Shown here one piece after another: positions 58,792-64,000 of a stretch of DNA of 64,000 bases. Both the position numbers and the translations under genes were made by a program. How positions within the stretch are numbered: position 1 is the stretch's first letter; each line of letters begins with the position of its first letter. Source of the stretch: Podarcis melisellensis (taxonomy: Eukaryota). The notes under the pieces are model-generated. The model was not told where the DNA came from, did no database searches, and saw only the letters and a program-made list of their open reading frames with translations. The stretch lies in assembly GCA_964234715.1 (NCBI GenBank), contig OZ174291.1. The stretch is one strand, 5' to 3'.

Positions 58792-59407
58792 TGTAGGGAT
58801 GTATATAGATGCCAGGAGAGGTTATATTTATTAGATTAGATGTTATCCTTCCTTCCTCACGTTTGTGAATTCAACAGAGTGCATCCCTTTGCAGCTTAAA
58901 AGGGAAGCCTAGATAGGCTAGTCTTAGCCTTTTAGTTTAAGTAATCCAGGATGCTTTAAAGCAGACTGGATTCTCCTGGTATTTCCCCCTTTTCTCCCCT
59001 TAAAACAACAATCACACAAACAGCCTTGTAAAAAATAACATTTATTCACTCAGAATACTTGTTGAGGAGTAACAGATACAGCAGCTTTGTTCAGGCAGGC
59101 GTAACATGGTAATTCAGTTAGAAAGACTTGCTGAAGTCTAGCTTAAGATGGTGTCTGAGCAATGGAGCTCAGACATGCAGATGTTCTCACATTTCTGGCT
59201 TGGAGATCAGATGAAGAGTAAGAGCGAAGAGAAGCCAAAGAGCAAAGAGGAAGTGTCCAGCCAAGTGAGAAAGTCAGGGTACAGGGGGAGTGGCTCTCGG
59301 AGTTCTCTCTAGCAAACCTACAGGAAAACCTGTGAGCTTCAGCGCCTATAATGTGCCTATCTAGCAAACATGCATTGCTGGTTTGTCTGCATCATAAATA
59401 TCCCACA
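58792..59407. mobile_element. Possible solo LTR
   Basis: TG...CA ends with an imperfect inverted repeat (TGTAGGGAT / ATCCCACA), imperfect 4-bp flanks ttaa/ttta and an internal minus-strand AATAAA. Confidence 0.35.
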
Positions 59408-59445
59408 TTTAGGGGCCCGGGGCCATGTGCCAGAGGAAGATAAAT

Positions 59446-59793
59446 GGTAAGGTAAAGGACCCCTGGATGGTTAAATCCAGTCAAAGGCAGCTATGGAATA
59501 TGGCACTCATCTTGCTTTTCAGGCTGAGGGAGCCGGCGTTTGTCCACAGACAGCTTTCCGGGTCATGTGGCCAGCAGCACTAAACCGCTTCTGGCGCAAT
59601 GGAACACCGTGACGGAAACGCTGTTTACCTACCCGCCACAGTGGCGCCTATTTATCTACTTGTACTGGTGTGCTTTCGAACTGCTAAGTTGGCAGGAGCT
59701 GGGACAGAGCAACGGGAGCTCACCCCATTGGGGGGATTCAAACAGCCGACCTTCCAATCAGCAAGTCCAAGAGGTTTAGACCACAGCGCCACT
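59446..59793 (-). mobile_element. Sauria SINE running into the assembly gap
   Basis: Matches the copy at 42337. Confidence 0.85.
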
Positions 59794-59941
59794 NNNNNNN
59801 NNNNNNNNNNNNNNNNNNNNNNNNNNNNNNNNNNNNNNNNNNNNNNNNNNNNNNNNNNNNNNNNNNNNNNNNNNNNNNNNNNNNNNNNNNNNNNNNNNNN
59901 NNNNNNNNNNNNNNNNNNNNNNNNNNNNNNNNNNNNNNNNN
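59794..59941. other. Assembly gap (148 N)
   Basis: Run of N between two SINE fragments. Confidence 1.
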
Positions 59942-62900
59942 TTGCTCAATGGTAGAACATCTGCCCTGCATACAGAAGGCCCCAAATTAATTTCCTGGCA
60001 GCATCTCCAGATTAAAACAGAGGGAGACCGCTTCCTTGAAACCCTGGAGAGCCGCTGCCAGCCAGTGTGGACAATACTGAGCTATATAGGGCCCAGGGCT
60101 CTGACTTGTTAGAAAGCAGCTTCCTATGTCCCTATTCCCAGACATGCATTAACAGCAACACTCATGGATAGACAGATGTGCAGGGGTGGCCTCATTCCTT
60201 GAGCTTTCCAATAAAATTATGTCCCTCTGCCACTAGCCTGCCAAGCAGCTGTCATCCCAGCCTCCCTATTTCCTCATTAAAGTGCAGATGATCACTTGGG
60301 GAGGAGGGACAGCGGTCTTCATTGGATCTGGACCATGGGGGGGGGAGGGAGAACCTCCTCCCTGGTGCCCTTGATCTGTCCTTGATTGCTGCCCTCTTGG
60401 GACGCTTCCCTGCTGCCCAGCTGGTGTCTGATTAGCAGGGCAGTGGGGAGAGGCAAAAGGGGGGCCACCAGGGGAATGGCCAAGGGCTGCATGTGGGTCA
60501 CAGGTTGGCTCCTGGTCTAGCCATGATGCTAGGCTAGAAAGAACAGCCCCTTCTGGTTAAAGGATAGGGGTTCTTTCGTATATGAACATGATCCACACCC
60601 CTTATTTCAGAGCATTAAAGGTTCACTGCATTCAGAAACCTTCTCTGCCACTTTTATTTGCAGCTTCCTGAGGATAGCTGTCAACTTTTTTTAAAGGGAC
60701 ATTCCCTTATTCCGAATAGGATTCCTCGTAAGAAAAGGGAAAAGTTGACAGATATGTTCGTGAGTGCCTGAGGATGTTGCTCTGCCCAGTCTGTGAATGA
60801 GCGCATTCATTTTGGACTATAACTCCCATCAGCTTTAGCAGTGCTGCCTAGTGCAGATGGGACCTGTAGTCCAAAACACCCAGAGGGCACCAGGTTGGGG
60901 AATCTTTTCCTGTTAGCCTGATGCTGGCAGACTGTGGTGTTTTTCCGTGGCCTTCGGGGGAGTTGGGCCCATTGAATGGATCGGCTGCTGATTGGCGACT
61001 TCTACAATGGGGCTGTGCAGAACAGGAAAGGCTGGATTGTTAGCAAAATGACCTTGGTTGGGTGCAAGAACCTTTTTTGTAACTTAATTTTACTTTTCAA
61101 TTCCCCAAGCAGGATAAAAAAACAATGCGCTGTGCATGCAAAAAGAAAAGAAAACCTTAAGGGAGTTAAAGGACTTTCTGTGCGGTAAGGAGGGTGGAAT
61201 TGTAAATGTGTCCCACTCTCGCAACATGGAGAGGCTCTTGGCTCTTAGCTTTGCATTCATAACACCCCAGATTCAGCTCCCAGCACCCCCAGGTTGAGTT
61301 GTATGCTGCCAGTCAGTACGGTGGTACCTCGGGTTACATACACTTCAGGTTACATACGCTTCAGGTTACAGACTCCTCTAACCCAGAAATAGTACCTCGG
61401 GTTAAGAACTTTGCTTCAGGATGAGAACAGAAATCGTTCTCCGGTGGCAGCAGGAGGCCCCATTAGCTAAAGTGGTGCTTCAGGTTAAGAACAGTTTCAG
61501 GTTAAGAACGGACCTCCAGAACGAATTAAGTACTTAACCGGAGATACCACTTTATAGCCAGTCAGATGAATCAATTGGTCTGACTCTGTGTAAGATACCT
61601 CCCTGTATTCCTTCTTAACTTTTGTATACACCAGAATCCCATTCTAAAGGTTTTTTTAAACCCTCCTAAAAGACCAGGGAGATACACCTGACATTTATGG
61701 CACTGTGGAGAATTCCACAAGCACAGATCCAGAATGAAAAATACTTGGGCTAGCTCAGTCGGTAAAGCATGAGGCTCTTACAGTCGTGAGTTCAAGCCTC
61801 GCGTTGGGCAAAAGATTCCTGCTTTACCACGGGGTGGATGACTAGATTTACCCTGGTGGTCCCTTCCAACACTACTGTTGTATGTTTTAATACTGTAGAA
61901 GTCACTGAAGCATCAGAAGAGACCTATAGCAGCTGGGTCAGGCCAAAGGGAGCCCATATAGTCCAGTGGACAACCAGGTACCCCAAACGGAAGCCCAGAA
62001 GCAGGACCTGAGTTGAACCAGCAGTGGTTTCCTCGCTTGCGATTCCCATAACCATCATGGTAGCCATTGATAGCATTCCCATTTTCAATGCATTTAGTCT
62101 TATCCCTCTGCAGGGGTTTCACAGAGGCTCTTAGAATAGTCTGTCTTGCTGGTTGACAGATGCAGGTGGTTGGAACAGTTCCTCGCTGACACATCTGGCC
62201 ACGGCTTCTCTCTGAAACGACCTGAATTCTCAATAGCATCACTCCTAAATGCCCTCGCTAGAATTGTAGAGCGCACTCCTCGCTTAGACTGAGAAGCCAA
62301 AGGCAATGAAATGGCTGACTAGGTGGCGAGGAGTATAAATGGCAGAAGACTCAGGATTAATGCAAGTGAAAGTAGGGGGTGGGGAGTCCGTCTTAGGGCC
62401 CTCCAGGTGATGGCAGACAAAGCCTTTTCCTCTGCCAACATTGTGTCTGCCCTTTTCCCAGTGGTGAGAGGTCTGTTGCATCCCAGGAGCTTCAGCTGAG
62501 TCCTCTGTAGCCTGCTGTGGCAAATTGTCAGTGCATTTTGCAGATAATTTCGGCTCCAACAGGAGGTGGATACAGCCACTGCAAAGGTTTTTAATGGAGA
62601 CCTTTAAGCTTGTCAAGCGTGGGGATCGGGGGAGACTGCTTGGAGGTTGTCTCTAAATCCCTTGGCTCTTTCCTTTCCTGTCTTAGAAGAGAGCCAGGGC
62701 AACTGAGTCTCTTGATTGGAAGCAGCGGTGCACCTCTACCTAGCCCTAGACTCTAGAGAAACCAACCATAGACCCTAATTTTTCATTTCATTTCACTTCA
62801 CTTTTAAGTTGTATACTGCCTTTCTGTATTACTATACGCAAGGCGGTTTGCAGCAACAAAATATACAACAAGAGAACACACACCTTATTATAATAATCTA

Positions 62901-64000
62901 ATCCAGTACAAAAAGTCATAATAAAACATTCCTTTAAATTAAATGACTTATATCAACGTATTATTCAATAATATATTATAACAAAATAATACACGACAAA
63001 ATCAGCTCTCAATTTTAATAATAATTAAACAGAAACTCATGCTTAACAATAACAATAATTACTAAACAATGATCAATAAAAATACAGTAACTGCAAGTCA
63101 CAAATGCATAAAATACCACAATACAAAACCTTGTAAAGTGATCAAGTTGAGAAACAAAGACATACAACCTATAAAACTTTTTTTTTTAAAAAAAGCATCA
63201 TTGTCCAGTGACAATTTTACCATTCTTGGTCAAGGTCTTGGAACATATGGGGGTTTCTCAGCTCAAAGTGATTTTGGAGGAATCTGGTTTACTCCCCGGT
63301 TTGGAGAATGTGTGATTCACAAGCAGCGAAAGTGCAACCCTGGATGTCTCAGTGGCTCTTGAGATAGTGGATTATGGGATCCTGCTGGCTCACCTTATCC
63401 TCCATCCTTTTTTAAACATTTCCACGAAGCCACCAATGGGGGAGGTTTGTTCTGAAATGGTCGCGGCTCAGCTCTGCCTCCTTGTTTTCATCAGCCACTG
63501 CCAGGGAGGCAGCAGAAACCTTGAACCAGGTTTGATTTGAATGGGGGGTGAACCAACTGGAAATTAATCTAGATGAGGTGGAGGTACTGCAGTAGCGTTT
63601 CCTGCGACTCTCGATGGAGATGTACAGCCTGTTCTGAAGGTGGCTGTCAGAGTGTTTGCAGTAGTGAGGTGGTGCGTCCATAGCACACCTATTTTGCTAA
63701 CAAATCACTTCTGGCCTCAATTTCAAGTGCTGATCCTAAGCCATGCAGATCCTAAGTCATCATCTCAGGTACCATCGACATGCCCTCATGGGCCTATCCA
63801 ACTCCTGCTGCTCTTGGTTCTACCAGTACCTGGTAGCAGCAGACCCTTTTCCATGGTGGCCCCCTGATTGTGGCACTCGCTCTCTGGGGAGATTAGCCAG
63901 GCCCCCTCCCTTCCTGTTTTCCAAGCGTGTTCTGAAAACCTTCCTGTTTTGGCAGGCTTTTTTGATAATGGATTGTGGTGTTTTTCTCAGACGCCCGTTT

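Noticed and set aside
59599-59985. ORFs spanning X runs
   Set aside because: Artefacts of the N gap.
38024-64000. Further canonical BCR exons
   Set aside because: No match to recalled BCR exon 2 or DH/PH sequence; intron 1 appears to extend beyond the window.

Overview
Vertebrate genomic DNA from a squamate reptile, probably a lacertid lizard (inferred from the SINE, BovB, CR1, L2 and Penelope repeat content). It is the conserved GNAZ-RSPH14-RAB36-BCR block. From left to right: (1) the last coding exon and 3' UTR of GNAZ (+), lying inside an intron of RSPH14 (-); (2) three RSPH14 coding exons, only the first of which appears in the ORF track; (3) a short CpG-rich divergent RSPH14/RAB36 promoter with an RFX X-box; (4) a complete 10-coding-exon RAB36 (268 aa, all junctions GT-AG and phase-consistent); (5) a CpG island with BCR exon 1 (522 codons + 1 nt), then 26 kb of BCR intron 1. 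The best hunt result is a young, rearranged Penelope-like retroelement in BCR intron 1 (49951-52270). It carries three identical minimal hammerhead-ribozyme motifs, one in the BCR sense strand, and forms a ~0.94-kb near-perfect inverted repeat. Other notable items: an L1-in-L1 insertion whose target-site duplication copied the RAB36 splice acceptor, a palindromic hAT MITE family whose arms match the ZNF143/THAP11 motif (one copy beside the divergent promoter), BCR uORFs, and a candidate poison exon. Gene and repeat identities come from my recognition of the sequence; no database searches were run.
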